Assembly: GCA_965217865.1 (NCBI GenBank)
Contig: CBDCJO010000002.1
Span: 4,096,001-4,160,000, forward strand
DNA: 64,000 bases
DNA from: Candidatus Latescibacterota bacterium
GTDB lineage: Bacteria > Latescibacterota > UBA2968 > SICM01
Direction: 5' to 3'
This document shows positions 50,991-60,818 of the stretch, in pieces. The translations under genes and the position numbers were made by a program. A model generated the notes under the pieces. That model was not told the DNA's origin, made no database searches, and worked only from the letters and a program-made list of their open reading frames with translations. Each line of letters starts with the position of its first letter. Within the stretch, counting starts at the first letter, position 1.

Positions 50991-51968
50991 GTGCCCGCGT
51001 CCGACGTTGGTTCAGGTGAAATCTGGCTCCACCGGTTCGCAGTGTTGACTGCGGGTTCCACCTTCCTCCTGATCGTCGCAGGAGGGCTGGTGACGAGTAC
51101 AGGTTCGGGCCTTGCGGTTCCTGATTGGCCCCTTTCTTATGGAACCCTCTTTCCGCCCATGGTGGGCGGCATCGTTTACGAACACACGCACCGCGTTGTC
51201 GCCGCGTTCGTCGGCCTTCTGACGGCCGTTCTCGCGGCCTGGCTCTGGAAGTGTGAGCCGCGTCGCTGGGTCCGGAATCTCGGATTTGTGACCCTGGCCG
51301 CGGTGGTGCTTCAGGGAATCATGGGCGGACTGACCGTCCTGTATCTGCTTCCGACGCCGATCTCGGTTATCCACGCATGCCTGGCACAGACTTTTTTCTG
51401 TCTCACTGTGGGCATTGCGCTCTTCACTTCGGGGGGGTGGAAGAGACGGACTTTGCCTCTGGACGACGCGGGACGACTTCCACTAAGAGTTCTCTGCATT
51501 GTAACGGCGGCGGTGATATACCTGCAACTGGTCCTGGGCGCGGTCGTCAGGCACACGGAGTCCGGGCTGGTCATCCCTGATTTCCCCCTGTCCTTCGGAC
51601 ACCTCTTCCCGCCCCTGTCCTCCTTATCCGCGAATCCCGCAGCCCCCTTTCCGATATCCCTCGAGGAATATCGGAGCAGGGTGACCATCCACTTTGCCCA
51701 TCGGGCGTGGGCCGTTGCGGTAGTGATCTTTATCTTCTGGACAGCAGGTCTGATTCTCCGCCGATACCGGGATCGGAAGGAACTGGTTTATCCCGCGTTC
51801 CTTATGACAGGGCTTGTCTTCATCCAGTTTTGGCTGGGCGCGATGGTCGTCTGGCAACAGAAGCCGGTTCCGCTTACGACGGCTCACGTGGCTGTGGGGG
51901 CTTCTATTCTGGCAGCGAGCGTAGCTCTGACTCTCCGGGTTTTTCGGGTGACGTCGGTAAGGAAATGA
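50991..51968 (+). CDS. ctaA: Heme A synthase (COX15/CtaA family)
   Basis: GGLVTSTGSGLAVPDWP, EHTHR, HACLAQ, HFAHR, TAHV. Confidence 0.88.
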   Translation: MPASDVGSGEIWLHRFAVLTAGSTFLLIVAGGLVTSTGSGLAVPDWPLSYGTLFPPMVGGIVYEHTHRVVAAFVGLLTAVLAAWLWKCEPRRWVRNLGFVTLAAVVLQGIMGGLTVLYLLPTPISVIHACLAQTFFCLTVGIALFTSGGWKRRTLPLDDAGRLPLRVLCIVTAAVIYLQLVLGAVVRHTESGLVIPDFPLSFGHLFPPLSSLSANPAAPFPISLEEYRSRVTIHFAHRAWAVAVVIFIFWTAGLILRRYRDRKELVYPAFLMTGLVFIQFWLGAMVVWQQKPVPLTTAHVAVGASILAASVALTLRVFRVTSVRK

Positions 51969-52011
51969 AAAATGCAAAGTGCAAAATGGAAATTAAGGAG
52001 CAATCCCTGGC

Positions 52012-52917
52012 ATGAAATCACACGCAGATGCGATTGAGGCGGGTTTTCCGCTTACCTGGACGCGGGTTGCCGATTACGCGGCCTTGACGAAACCGCGCAT
52101 CGCAGGATTCGTATTGGTGAGCACGATGGTGGGTTTTATCATGGGATCGAGCGGGCACCTGGATCTGGAGTTGCTGCTCCACACCTTGATCGGGACGGCC
52201 ATGGTGGCGGGGGGGAGTGCGGCGCTGAATCAGTACCTGGAACGGGACCTGGATGCCAGGATGAAGCGGACATCGGAGCGGCCACTGCCTTCAGGTCGGC
52301 TTCATCCCGAGGAGGTCCACTGTTTCAGCACGCTCCTCTTGGCCTCCGGTCTCTTCTACCTCTGGCTTTCGGTCAACTTTGGAACCGGTCTGGTTGCAGC
52401 CTTAACGTCGTCGATCTACCTCTTTCTGTATACGCCGTTGAAGCGCAAGACAACTCTCAACACGGTCGTCGGCGCGGTTGCCGGGGCCCTGCCCCCCGTC
52501 GGGGGATGGGTTGCCGCTGCCGGAAGTCTCTCCCTTGCATCCTGGGCGCTTTTTGCGATCGTGTTTATCTGGCAATTTCCGCATTTCTTCGCGATCGCCT
52601 GGCTCTACCGGGAAGACTATGCTCGGGGCGGCTACCGGATGATCACGGCTGCCGATCCGGACGGGAGGAGAACCCGGAGACAGATTTTGGCCTACAGTCT
52701 TGTCCTCCTCCCTTGCAGCTTGATCCCAGCGCTCCTGGGCATGAGCGGGTTGCCGTATGGATTTGGCTCAGCCGTACTCAGCCTTGCCTTCCTGGTATTC
52801 GTCCTCCGTTTCTGTTTGTCGGGATCCAACGAACGTTCAAGGCTCCTGATGCTGGCCTCCCTCGTCTACTTGCCCATGCTGTGGACGGTCATGATATTCG
52901 ACCGGATTCTGTTGTAG
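52012..52917 (+). CDS. ctaB: Protoheme IX farnesyltransferase (heme O synthase)
   Basis: LTKPRI, ERDLDARMKRT..RPLPSG, YTPLKR, WQFPHF. Confidence 0.93.
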   Translation: MKSHADAIEAGFPLTWTRVADYAALTKPRIAGFVLVSTMVGFIMGSSGHLDLELLLHTLIGTAMVAGGSAALNQYLERDLDARMKRTSERPLPSGRLHPEEVHCFSTLLLASGLFYLWLSVNFGTGLVAALTSSIYLFLYTPLKRKTTLNTVVGAVAGALPPVGGWVAAAGSLSLASWALFAIVFIWQFPHFFAIAWLYREDYARGGYRMITAADPDGRRTRRQILAYSLVLLPCSLIPALLGMSGLPYGFGSAVLSLAFLVFVLRFCLSGSNERSRLLMLASLVYLPMLWTVMIFDRILL

Positions 52918-52918
52918 C

Positions 52919-53959
52919 GTGACACCTGCCATCCAAGCCAAGGGGCTATCCTACGCATACGGGGAACGGACCGCGCTCTCGGGGATCAACCTTCGGGTAA
53001 GCCCGGGAGAGATCTTCGGTCTGCTGGGGCCCAATGGCGGGGGCAAGACGACCCTCTTTAAGATCCTCGCGACACTGCTCTCCCCTTCCCAGGGATCTGT
53101 GAACGTCTTTGGAATGGATGTGGTCCGGGATGCCGATGCAATCAGAAGACGTATCGGTGTGGTTTTTCAGGACCCGGCACTGGATCCCCATTTGACGGTT
53201 TCGGAGAACCTTCACCACCAGGGACATCTTTACGGGATGCGTGGAAAGGGCCTGAAGAAGCGTATTGAGGCCGTGGTCGCCCGGCTGGGCTTATCCCCGC
53301 ACAAGGGTGATCTCGTCTCCCGGCTTTCGGGTGGGATGCGCAGAAGGGCGGATCTCGCCCGGGGTCTGCTTCACGAGCCTGAACTGCTGATCCTGGATGA
53401 ACCGTCGACAGGCCTGGATCCGTCCGCGAGAAAGGAATTTCGAGAGGACCTTGGCTTACTCAGGGAGCGAGAAGGGGTCACCGTTCTGCTGACCACCCAT
53501 CTTCTGGATGAGGCCGATGGCTGCGATCGAATCGGAATTCTGGACCGGGGCAAGCTGGTCGCTCTCGACAAACCCGAGATCCTTAAACGATCGGTCGGAG
53601 AAGAGGTGGTGAGCCTGCGGGTCAGATCGCCCGAGATTTTTCAGAAGGCGGTTCAGGAACGCTTGGGTCTTGAGACGATTGTGGTCGACGCAACGGTCCG
53701 TGTGGAGTGTCACGACGGACAAAAGGTAATGATAGAGTTGCTCAGAGCGTTTGACAATGAGATCGATTCGGTGACACTCGGCAAACCGAACCTCGAGGAT
53801 GTGTTTATCCATAAGACGGGTACTGCCTGGAGGTCGGAGGTCGGAGGCCAGGGAAAAGCAGAAGCAGTAGCAGTGGCAGCGGCAGGAAGAGCAAAAGCAG
53901 TGGCAGTAGCAAAGGAAAGGCAAAAGCAGGGTCAGAGGTCGGAGGTGAGGGGAAATTGA
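52919..53959 (+). CDS. ABC transporter ATP-binding protein (DrrA-like)
   Basis: GPNGGGKT, LSGGM, LILDEP; C-terminal tail encoded by repeat DNA. Confidence 0.9.
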   Translation: MTPAIQAKGLSYAYGERTALSGINLRVSPGEIFGLLGPNGGGKTTLFKILATLLSPSQGSVNVFGMDVVRDADAIRRRIGVVFQDPALDPHLTVSENLHHQGHLYGMRGKGLKKRIEAVVARLGLSPHKGDLVSRLSGGMRRRADLARGLLHEPELLILDEPSTGLDPSARKEFREDLGLLREREGVTVLLTTHLLDEADGCDRIGILDRGKLVALDKPEILKRSVGEEVVSLRVRSPEIFQKAVQERLGLETIVVDATVRVECHDGQKVMIELLRAFDNEIDSVTLGKPNLEDVFIHKTGTAWRSEVGGQGKAEAVAVAAAGRAKAVAVAKERQKQGQRSEVRGN

Positions 53960-53984
53960 AAATTGAAACGAGAGCGAGGCGGAT

Positions 53985-54761
53985 GTGGTTCTGGCTGTCT
54001 GGACGCTGTGGCTCCGTGAGATGGTCCGATTCTTTCGGGATCGACATCGGATGATCGGGGCTTTCGGCCAGCCCTTTATCATCTGGTTGTTGGTCGGTTC
54101 GGGGTTCGGCGAGTCTTTTCGTCCCCCTTCAGCATCCGTGTCCGGCAGCTACCTGGAGTACCTGTATCCGGGTACGCTGATGCTTGTCCTGCTTTTCACG
54201 GCTATCTTTTCTACGATTTCGATCGTCGAGGACAGACGCGAGGGGTTCTTGCAGGCGGTTTTGGTTTCCCCCATCTCAAGATCGAGTCTCGTGCTGGGGA
54301 AAATCCTGGGGGGGACAACGATGGCGCTTCTGCAGGGGGTTATCTTTCTTGTCCTGGCGGTCGTGATGGGTATGCCTTTCCGACCGACCGGGGCGGGCAT
54401 CGCCCTCGGACCCATCTTTCTGGTGGCCTTCGGGATGACGGGGCTGGGATTCAGCATTGCCTGGCGGATGCGATCGACCGCAGGCTTCCATGCCATTATG
54501 AACGTGTTTCTGATGCCGTTATGGCTCCTTTCAGGGGCCTTCTTTCCCAGGTCCGGAACCCCGGGCTGGTTGGGTCTGGTGATGGACTTTAATCCGCTGA
54601 CTTACGGGATGTCCTCACTGCGATACGCTCTTTACATCGAACATCCCTTCGCCCAAGAAGGATTGCCGCCGCTCCAGCTGTCCCTGGCCGTGACAGCCCT
54701 TTTCGGGGTCCTCATGTTTATCGTTTCAACCCTTTCGGTCAGGCGAGCCCCCTCAGGGTGA
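53985..54761 (+). CDS. ABC-2 transporter permease
   Basis: EDRREGFL..VLVSP, LSGAFFP, NPLTYG. Confidence 0.9.
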   Translation: MVLAVWTLWLREMVRFFRDRHRMIGAFGQPFIIWLLVGSGFGESFRPPSASVSGSYLEYLYPGTLMLVLLFTAIFSTISIVEDRREGFLQAVLVSPISRSSLVLGKILGGTTMALLQGVIFLVLAVVMGMPFRPTGAGIALGPIFLVAFGMTGLGFSIAWRMRSTAGFHAIMNVFLMPLWLLSGAFFPRSGTPGWLGLVMDFNPLTYGMSSLRYALYIEHPFAQEGLPPLQLSLAVTALFGVLMFIVSTLSVRRAPSG

Positions 54762-54788
54762 GGAGTTTGGATTCTGATACCGGTCTCC

Positions 54789-55190
54789 GTGTTACCGACA
54801 ATAAACGCGTTCCTGAACGGGATCAGCGCGAGTCTTCTTGCCGCGGGTTACCTGTGCATCCGAAAAGGGAGGGTGGGGGCCCATCGGGCGTTTATGGTCG
54901 CCGCCTTTGCGGTCTCGACCCTTTTTCTGTGTTCTTATGTTTATTACCACGTGAAGGCGGGTTCGATCCCATTCTCCGGCCAGGGCTGGATCCGGCCCGT
55001 CTATTTCACGATTCTGATATCGCATATTCTGCTGGCTTTCCTCCTGCTCCCCCTGGCGCTGACGACCCTGTTCCGGGCTTTCCGATCTGAGTTCGATCGC
55101 CACCGGAAGATTGCGCGATGGACCTTTCCGGTTTGGATGTATATCTCGTTGACCGGTGTGACGATTTACTGGATGCTCTATCGGATGTGA
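54789..55190 (+). CDS. DUF420 membrane protein
   Basis: LPTINAFLN, HRAFM, ILISHILLA, HRKIARWTFPVWMYISLTGV. Confidence 0.85.
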   Translation: MLPTINAFLNGISASLLAAGYLCIRKGRVGAHRAFMVAAFAVSTLFLCSYVYYHVKAGSIPFSGQGWIRPVYFTILISHILLAFLLLPLALTTLFRAFRSEFDRHRKIARWTFPVWMYISLTGVTIYWMLYRM

Positions 55191-55209
55191 GGGGGAAGCG
55201 GCTTATCGG

Positions 55210-55238
55210 TTGACATCGCGGGTCAAAGATGATATATT
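55210..55238 (+). promoter_or_regulatory. sigma70 promoter of nuoLMN
   Basis: TTGACA-N17-TATATT. Confidence 0.65.
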
Positions 55239-55436
55239 CCGCCCGTTTAAAAGCAGGGGCCGGAGGTCAGAGGTAAGGAGTAAGAAAAGCCGTGAAACGT
55301 CAAACGTGAAACGGGAAAAGCAGGATTGGAAGAGATGCTTTCGCATCCTTCGACTGCGGTCCGCAAGCGAACCTCCGCTCAGGATGTTTTGATCAGTCAT
55401 TCCCTGTAAGCCGATGTAATCAGGAAAAAGGCCTTT

Positions 55437-57509
55437 ATGATCTCCTGTTCGATTGCGATCCTGTTCCTTCCACTGCTTGCTTTCATCGTGCAGATCTTCT
55501 TCGGCAAACGGATTCCGCGCGGAGGGGATTGGGTCTCGACGGGTGCGATATTTCTCGCGTTGCTTCTCTCCCTGATCGTCCTGTTCAACGCAATCGGTGA
55601 ACGAAACCCGGACTATTTCGAGCGGGTGACGTGGACCTGGATGGACTTCGGTACCTCGAAACTCTCTCTCGGAATCCAGCTCGACAATATCGCTGCGATC
55701 ATGCTGGTCGTGGTGACCCTGGTCAGCGCCCTTGTGCATCTCTATTCGATCGGTTACATGCACAACGACCCGCTGTACCACCAGTTCTTCGCCTTCCTCT
55801 CTCTCTTCTCCTTCTCCATGCTCGGCCTTGTGCTGAGCGATAACTTCCTGAGTCTCTATATCTTCTGGGAATTGGTGGGCATTAGCTCCTATTTGCTGAT
55901 CGGGTTCTGGTTCGAGAAGCCTTCGGCGGCCGATGCGTGCAAGAAGGCGTTCATCGTCAACCGGATTGGGGACTTCGGGATGTTTTCGGGGATCCTGCTG
56001 ATCGTCTGGCAGGTCGGTCCCCTGGGTTATCAGGAAGTTTTCCAGGCGGTGGGCGACGGGGGGTTCGGAGGCGGGCTCCTGACGCTTACGGGCATCTGCC
56101 TTTTCGCAGGGGCCGTTGGAAAGTCCGCACAGTTTCCGCTTCACGTCTGGCTGCCGGATGCCATGGAGGGCCCCACACCCGTGAGCGCGCTGATTCACGC
56201 GGCGACGATGGTGGCCGCGGGGGTCTACATGGTGACCCGGATGTTCCCGATCCTGACACCCGACGCCCTTCTCCTGATCGCTTATGTGGGTTCGATCACC
56301 GCACTCCTGGGTGCGACCATCGCGATCGCGCAGAACGATATCAAACGGGTCCTCGCTTATTCGACCGTCAGCCAACTCGGCTATATGATGATGGGGCTGG
56401 GGGTGGGGGCCTATGTGGCCGGGTTTTTCCACCTGATGACCCACGCCGCATTCAAGGCCTGCCTGTTTTTAGGGTCCGGAAGCGTGATCCACGCGATGCA
56501 CGATGTGGTTCACGGCTCGGACCGGGATCCCCAGGACCTCCGGAATATGGGCGACCTCAAGACCTACATGCCCACGACCTACCGGACTTTTCTGATCGCA
56601 ACGATCGCCCTTTCCGGCGTGCCGCTCACGTCCGGGTTTCTGAGCAAGGACTCGATCCTGGCCGGGACGCTTGGATTTTCACTGGCGAATCCGGCCCATT
56701 TCCTGATCCCGCTGATCGGGTTCGGGGCAGCAGGGCTCACCGCCTTCTATATGTTCCGGCTTGTGTTCCTGACATTTCACGGCGAAGCACGATGGAAGGG
56801 ATCTGGGAGCGGTCACGCTGAGCCGCACGAATCGCCGAAGGTGATGACGATCCCGCTGATTGTGCTGGCCGCCTTGAGCCTCTGGTTCTGGTACAGCCCG
56901 AATCCCCTCTCACCGACCGGCTGGTTCCACGACATAGTCGTGCAGCCGGTGAGCCTAGCGACCGGCGTACACGAGTCGCAGGGCGGGATGGCGGAGACCG
57001 ATGTACCCCCTGGTCCTGTCCTTGCCGAGCACGGTGACGAAGGAGCGTCTCACGTCGCTGCGATGGCCCTGTCAATCCTCGTCGCGGGCACGGGCATCTT
57101 CATTGCATACAAGCTGTATTTCCTCCAGGGGAAGAGGTCGCTGGAGAAAGAGGCGCGCGCTCGAGAGAAGAACGGGCTCTACAAAGCGGTACTGAACAAG
57201 TGGTATTTCGATGAATTTTACAGCGCTTCATTCGTCCGGGGTACGCTGGCTTTGAGGCGGGCGCTTGGGTGGTTCGATCAGCATATCATCGACGGGATCG
57301 TAGATTTTACCGGGACCTTGACCATAATGGTGGCGAAGGTGGAGGGGCTGTTCGACAACTGGGTGGTGGACGGCCTTGTCAACCTTACGGGTGCGCTCGT
57401 CCGGCGGCTGGGCGACGGGCTGCGGCGCGTGCAGACCGGGCGGATCCAGAGCTATTTGATCATGGCGATGGCCGGAATCGTGCTGATGATGATTCTGAGA
57501 ATTATGTAG
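55437..57509 (+). CDS. nuoL: NADH-quinone oxidoreductase subunit L
   Basis: FWELVG, KAFIVNRIGD, GKSAQFPLHVWLPDAMEGPTPVSALIHAATMV. Confidence 0.93.
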   Translation: MISCSIAILFLPLLAFIVQIFFGKRIPRGGDWVSTGAIFLALLLSLIVLFNAIGERNPDYFERVTWTWMDFGTSKLSLGIQLDNIAAIMLVVVTLVSALVHLYSIGYMHNDPLYHQFFAFLSLFSFSMLGLVLSDNFLSLYIFWELVGISSYLLIGFWFEKPSAADACKKAFIVNRIGDFGMFSGILLIVWQVGPLGYQEVFQAVGDGGFGGGLLTLTGICLFAGAVGKSAQFPLHVWLPDAMEGPTPVSALIHAATMVAAGVYMVTRMFPILTPDALLLIAYVGSITALLGATIAIAQNDIKRVLAYSTVSQLGYMMMGLGVGAYVAGFFHLMTHAAFKACLFLGSGSVIHAMHDVVHGSDRDPQDLRNMGDLKTYMPTTYRTFLIATIALSGVPLTSGFLSKDSILAGTLGFSLANPAHFLIPLIGFGAAGLTAFYMFRLVFLTFHGEARWKGSGSGHAEPHESPKVMTIPLIVLAALSLWFWYSPNPLSPTGWFHDIVVQPVSLATGVHESQGGMAETDVPPGPVLAEHGDEGASHVAAMALSILVAGTGIFIAYKLYFLQGKRSLEKEARAREKNGLYKAVLNKWYFDEFYSASFVRGTLALRRALGWFDQHIIDGIVDFTGTLTIMVAKVEGLFDNWVVDGLVNLTGALVRRLGDGLRRVQTGRIQSYLIMAMAGIVLMMILRIM

Positions 57510-57694
57510 GGGTCGGACCTAAGCCCCCTGCGCCCCCTTCCCTAATTGACATATTTGGTTTGAACTGTCTCATAGACGAATTGCGGCTGAGCAAAGCGAA
57601 GGCCGCGATTGTTAAATTGTCTTTAATGAATTTGTCGGTCTTTCACATAAAGTTGGCTGATCGCTGACCGCTTAAATCCGGGAGGTCTTCTTTC

Positions 57695-59179
57695 ATGGGT
57701 CCCCTAACCCTGATCACGTTTATTCCGCTGTTGGCAGCGATCGTCATCCTCTTTATCCCGAAGGAGCGGGAGACGGCTGTCAAGGTCGTGGCCCTGATCG
57801 CGACGGCGATCTGCCTGCTGATCACGGTCGAGATCTATATGGGGTTTGACAACAGCAAACCCGGCGCGCCCGACCCGGAAGGGATGCAGTTCGTGGAGGG
57901 GCCCTACCCCTGGATCCCGTCGTTCAACATCACCTACTACATGGGAGTCGACGGGCTGAGCGCCCCGATGGTGATGCTGACCACCCTGCTCTCCTTCATC
58001 TGCATCGTGGCATCCTGGAACATCAAGCAGAGCGTTCGGGGGTATTTCTCCCTCTTCCTCCTGCTGGACGCGGGGATGGTCGGGGTGTTCTGTTCCCTGG
58101 ACTTCTTCCTGTTCTACATCTTCTGGGAGGTCATGCTGCTTCCGATGTATTTCCTTATCGGGATCTGGGGGAGTTCGGAGGACCGGCGGGAGTACTCCGC
58201 GATCAAGTTCTTCCTCTACACCCTACTCGGGAGCGTCCTGCTATTGCTGGCGATGCTGGCCCTATACAATAAGACCGGCACGTTCAACATGCTGACGATC
58301 ATGCAACAGTCGGAGACCTTCGGACACAATTTCCAGTTCTACATCTACATGGCGATGTTCATCGGGTTCGCGATCAAGGTTCCCATATTCCCGTTTCACA
58401 CCTGGCTCCCGGACGCCCACGTGGCCGCCCCGACGGCGGTCAGCGTCATCCTGGCAGGCGTCCTGTTGAAGATGGGGACCTACGGCATCTTCCGGTTCAA
58501 CTATCCCATGCTTCCGTGGGCATCGCAGTACTTCGCGTGGATGCTGGCAATTCTGGGGGCGATCAACATCATCTACGGGGCGTTGTGCGCCATGGCCCAA
58601 ACGGACCTGAAGAAGCTGGTGGCTTATTCGAGCATCAGCCACATGGGGATCTCGATGCTGGGGATGGCGGCGTTGACCCAGAAGGGGATGGTGGGCGGCC
58701 TGCTGCAGATGTTCAATCACGGAACGATCACGGCGATGATGTTCCTTCTTGTCGGCGTGGTCTACGACCGGGTACATCACCGGCAGATCGATAATTTCGG
58801 CGGCCTGCGGAAAGTGGTCCCGATCTACTCGGGGATCTTCAGCCTGGCGTTTTTCGCAGCCCTGGGCCTGCCGGGTCTGAGCGGATTCATCGGAGAGGCC
58901 CTCTGCTTCCTGGGGGCATTTCCCGTATACCCAATCATCACGATCGTCTCGCTGTCGGGTGTGGTGCTGACGGCGGGCTACGTGCTCTGGATGTTTCAGC
59001 GGGTGATGCTGGGGCCCCTCAACCCCAAGTATGAGAATTTAGCGGAGATCAACGGTCGGGAGATCTTCACGCTGGTGCCTCTCGGGGCCATCGTTGTTCT
59101 GCTCGGCGTCTGGCCCGCGCCCGTGCTGGACATGATGACGAGTTCGATGAAAAACCTTGCCCAGATCTTTGGAAATTAA
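57695..59179 (+). CDS. nuoM: NADH-quinone oxidoreductase subunit M
   Basis: GVDGLS, FWEVML, KVPIFPFHTWLPDAH, LLKMG, LGLPGLSGFIGE. Confidence 0.93.
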   Translation: MGPLTLITFIPLLAAIVILFIPKERETAVKVVALIATAICLLITVEIYMGFDNSKPGAPDPEGMQFVEGPYPWIPSFNITYYMGVDGLSAPMVMLTTLLSFICIVASWNIKQSVRGYFSLFLLLDAGMVGVFCSLDFFLFYIFWEVMLLPMYFLIGIWGSSEDRREYSAIKFFLYTLLGSVLLLLAMLALYNKTGTFNMLTIMQQSETFGHNFQFYIYMAMFIGFAIKVPIFPFHTWLPDAHVAAPTAVSVILAGVLLKMGTYGIFRFNYPMLPWASQYFAWMLAILGAINIIYGALCAMAQTDLKKLVAYSSISHMGISMLGMAALTQKGMVGGLLQMFNHGTITAMMFLLVGVVYDRVHHRQIDNFGGLRKVVPIYSGIFSLAFFAALGLPGLSGFIGEALCFLGAFPVYPIITIVSLSGVVLTAGYVLWMFQRVMLGPLNPKYENLAEINGREIFTLVPLGAIVVLLGVWPAPVLDMMTSSMKNLAQIFGN

Positions 59180-60670
59180 TTGGAGGAGCTGGAAGTGCCT
59201 CTGAACAATCTCGAAAGTTTGAACTACATCATGCCGGAGATCATTGTGACGATTTCCATCGTGGTGCTGGTGGTCCTGGATCTCGTGGTGGGGGGCGAGA
59301 AAAAGCGCTGGATGACAGGCCTGGTCCTGTTCATTCTTGCAGGAACGCTGTACGCCGTCGCGGATCTGTATGCCGCAGGGGAACGGCCGCTTTTTGGAGG
59401 CATGATTGCGCTTGACGGCTTCTCGCTTTTTTTCAAGATGATCTTCGTCGTTGCGACGATGATCGCGGCGATCTTCACACTGGAATCCTCGGATGTAGCG
59501 TCAAACCGGATCGGGGAGTTCTACGCCCTGATGTTGGCGATGGTTCTGGGCGGGTTCCTGATGTCCTCCGCGACGGATCTCCTGATGATCTACCTCGCCC
59601 TCGAGATGGTGAGCATCCCCTCCTACATCCTGTCGGGGTTTCAAAAAGGGGTCCGAAGATCGAGCGAGGCGGCCGTAAAGTATGTCATATACGGCGGGGT
59701 TTCTTCGGGTGTGATGATTTACGGTTTGTCCCTGCTTTACGGGGTGACGGGGACGACGAATATCTACCGGATGGGGGAGATCCTGGCCACATCTCAACCG
59801 TATCCGTTGACGCTGTTCGTGGGGATCGCGTTCGCGATGGCTGGCTTCGGGTATAAGGTGGCGACGGTCCCGTTTCATTTCTGGTGTCCCGATGTCTACG
59901 AAGGGGCTCCGACGCCCGTGACGGCCTTCCTGTCGATCGCGCCGAAGGCCGCGGGGTTTGCGATGCTGTCACGCTTTTTCTATTCCGGTTTCGCTCACCA
60001 GGAAGGTACGCAGCTGGTGTTCACGGGTGTGGATTGGCCGCTGCTGCTGGGGGTGATCTCCGCGTTCACGATGACACTGGGGAACACCGTTGCGATTTGG
60101 CAGGATAATCTGAAACGGCTTCTGGCCTACTCCAGCATCGCTCACGCGGGTTACATGATGCTGGGGGTGGTCACCCTGTCGGGAGCCGGGCTACGTGCCC
60201 TGATGTTCTATCTGATGGCATACCTGCTGATGAACCTGGGGGCTTTTCTGGTCGTGATCCTGATGGCCCCGAAGTTGAACGGAGAAGACATCCATTCGTA
60301 CCGGGGTCTTGGGAAGCGCTCGCCGTTCGTTGCGGTGGTCCTGACCATATTCCTACTCTCGTTGACGGGGCTGCCCCCTACGGCGGGGTTGATCGGGAAG
60401 GTCTATATTTTTGCCGCGCTGATCGAATACAAATGGTACTTGCTGGCGGTGGTGGGCGTGCTCAACAGCGTAGTGGCCCTTTTCTACTACGCTCGGATCA
60501 TCCGGGCGATGTTCATGGAAGAGCCGGCCACGACCGAAATGATCGTTTTGCCCCGACGCTCTCTGGCGATTCTTACCGCCATCGCCGCACCGACGGTCCT
60601 GTTCGGTCTCTACTGGGTGCCGTTGATAAATCTTGCGGACCGATCGATGCGGATGCTGTCGGGACCGTGA
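59180..60670 (+). CDS. nuoN: NADH-quinone oxidoreductase subunit N
   Basis: EAAVKY, KVATVPFHFWCPDVYEGAP, KRLLAYSSIAHAGY, LTGLPPTAG. Confidence 0.93.
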   Translation: MEELEVPLNNLESLNYIMPEIIVTISIVVLVVLDLVVGGEKKRWMTGLVLFILAGTLYAVADLYAAGERPLFGGMIALDGFSLFFKMIFVVATMIAAIFTLESSDVASNRIGEFYALMLAMVLGGFLMSSATDLLMIYLALEMVSIPSYILSGFQKGVRRSSEAAVKYVIYGGVSSGVMIYGLSLLYGVTGTTNIYRMGEILATSQPYPLTLFVGIAFAMAGFGYKVATVPFHFWCPDVYEGAPTPVTAFLSIAPKAAGFAMLSRFFYSGFAHQEGTQLVFTGVDWPLLLGVISAFTMTLGNTVAIWQDNLKRLLAYSSIAHAGYMMLGVVTLSGAGLRALMFYLMAYLLMNLGAFLVVILMAPKLNGEDIHSYRGLGKRSPFVAVVLTIFLLSLTGLPPTAGLIGKVYIFAALIEYKWYLLAVVGVLNSVVALFYYARIIRAMFMEEPATTEMIVLPRRSLAILTAIAAPTVLFGLYWVPLINLADRSMRMLSGP

Positions 60671-60752
60671 ATGGAAATGTAAAATGTAAAATGCAAAATT
60701 AACGGCAGACCGGAATCGCTAAATATTATTGGTTAAAGGCAAACAACTCCAT

Positions 60753-60779
60753 AGGGGCGATTTTAATGTCGCCCTTTTT
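60753..60779 (+). terminator. Intrinsic terminator after nuoN
   Basis: AGGGGCGA-loop-TCGCCCTT followed by a T-run. Confidence 0.65.
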
Positions 60780-60818
60780 AGCGCATAAGAGAAAAGCAGA
60801 TAAAGGTCCAAGCAAGAT

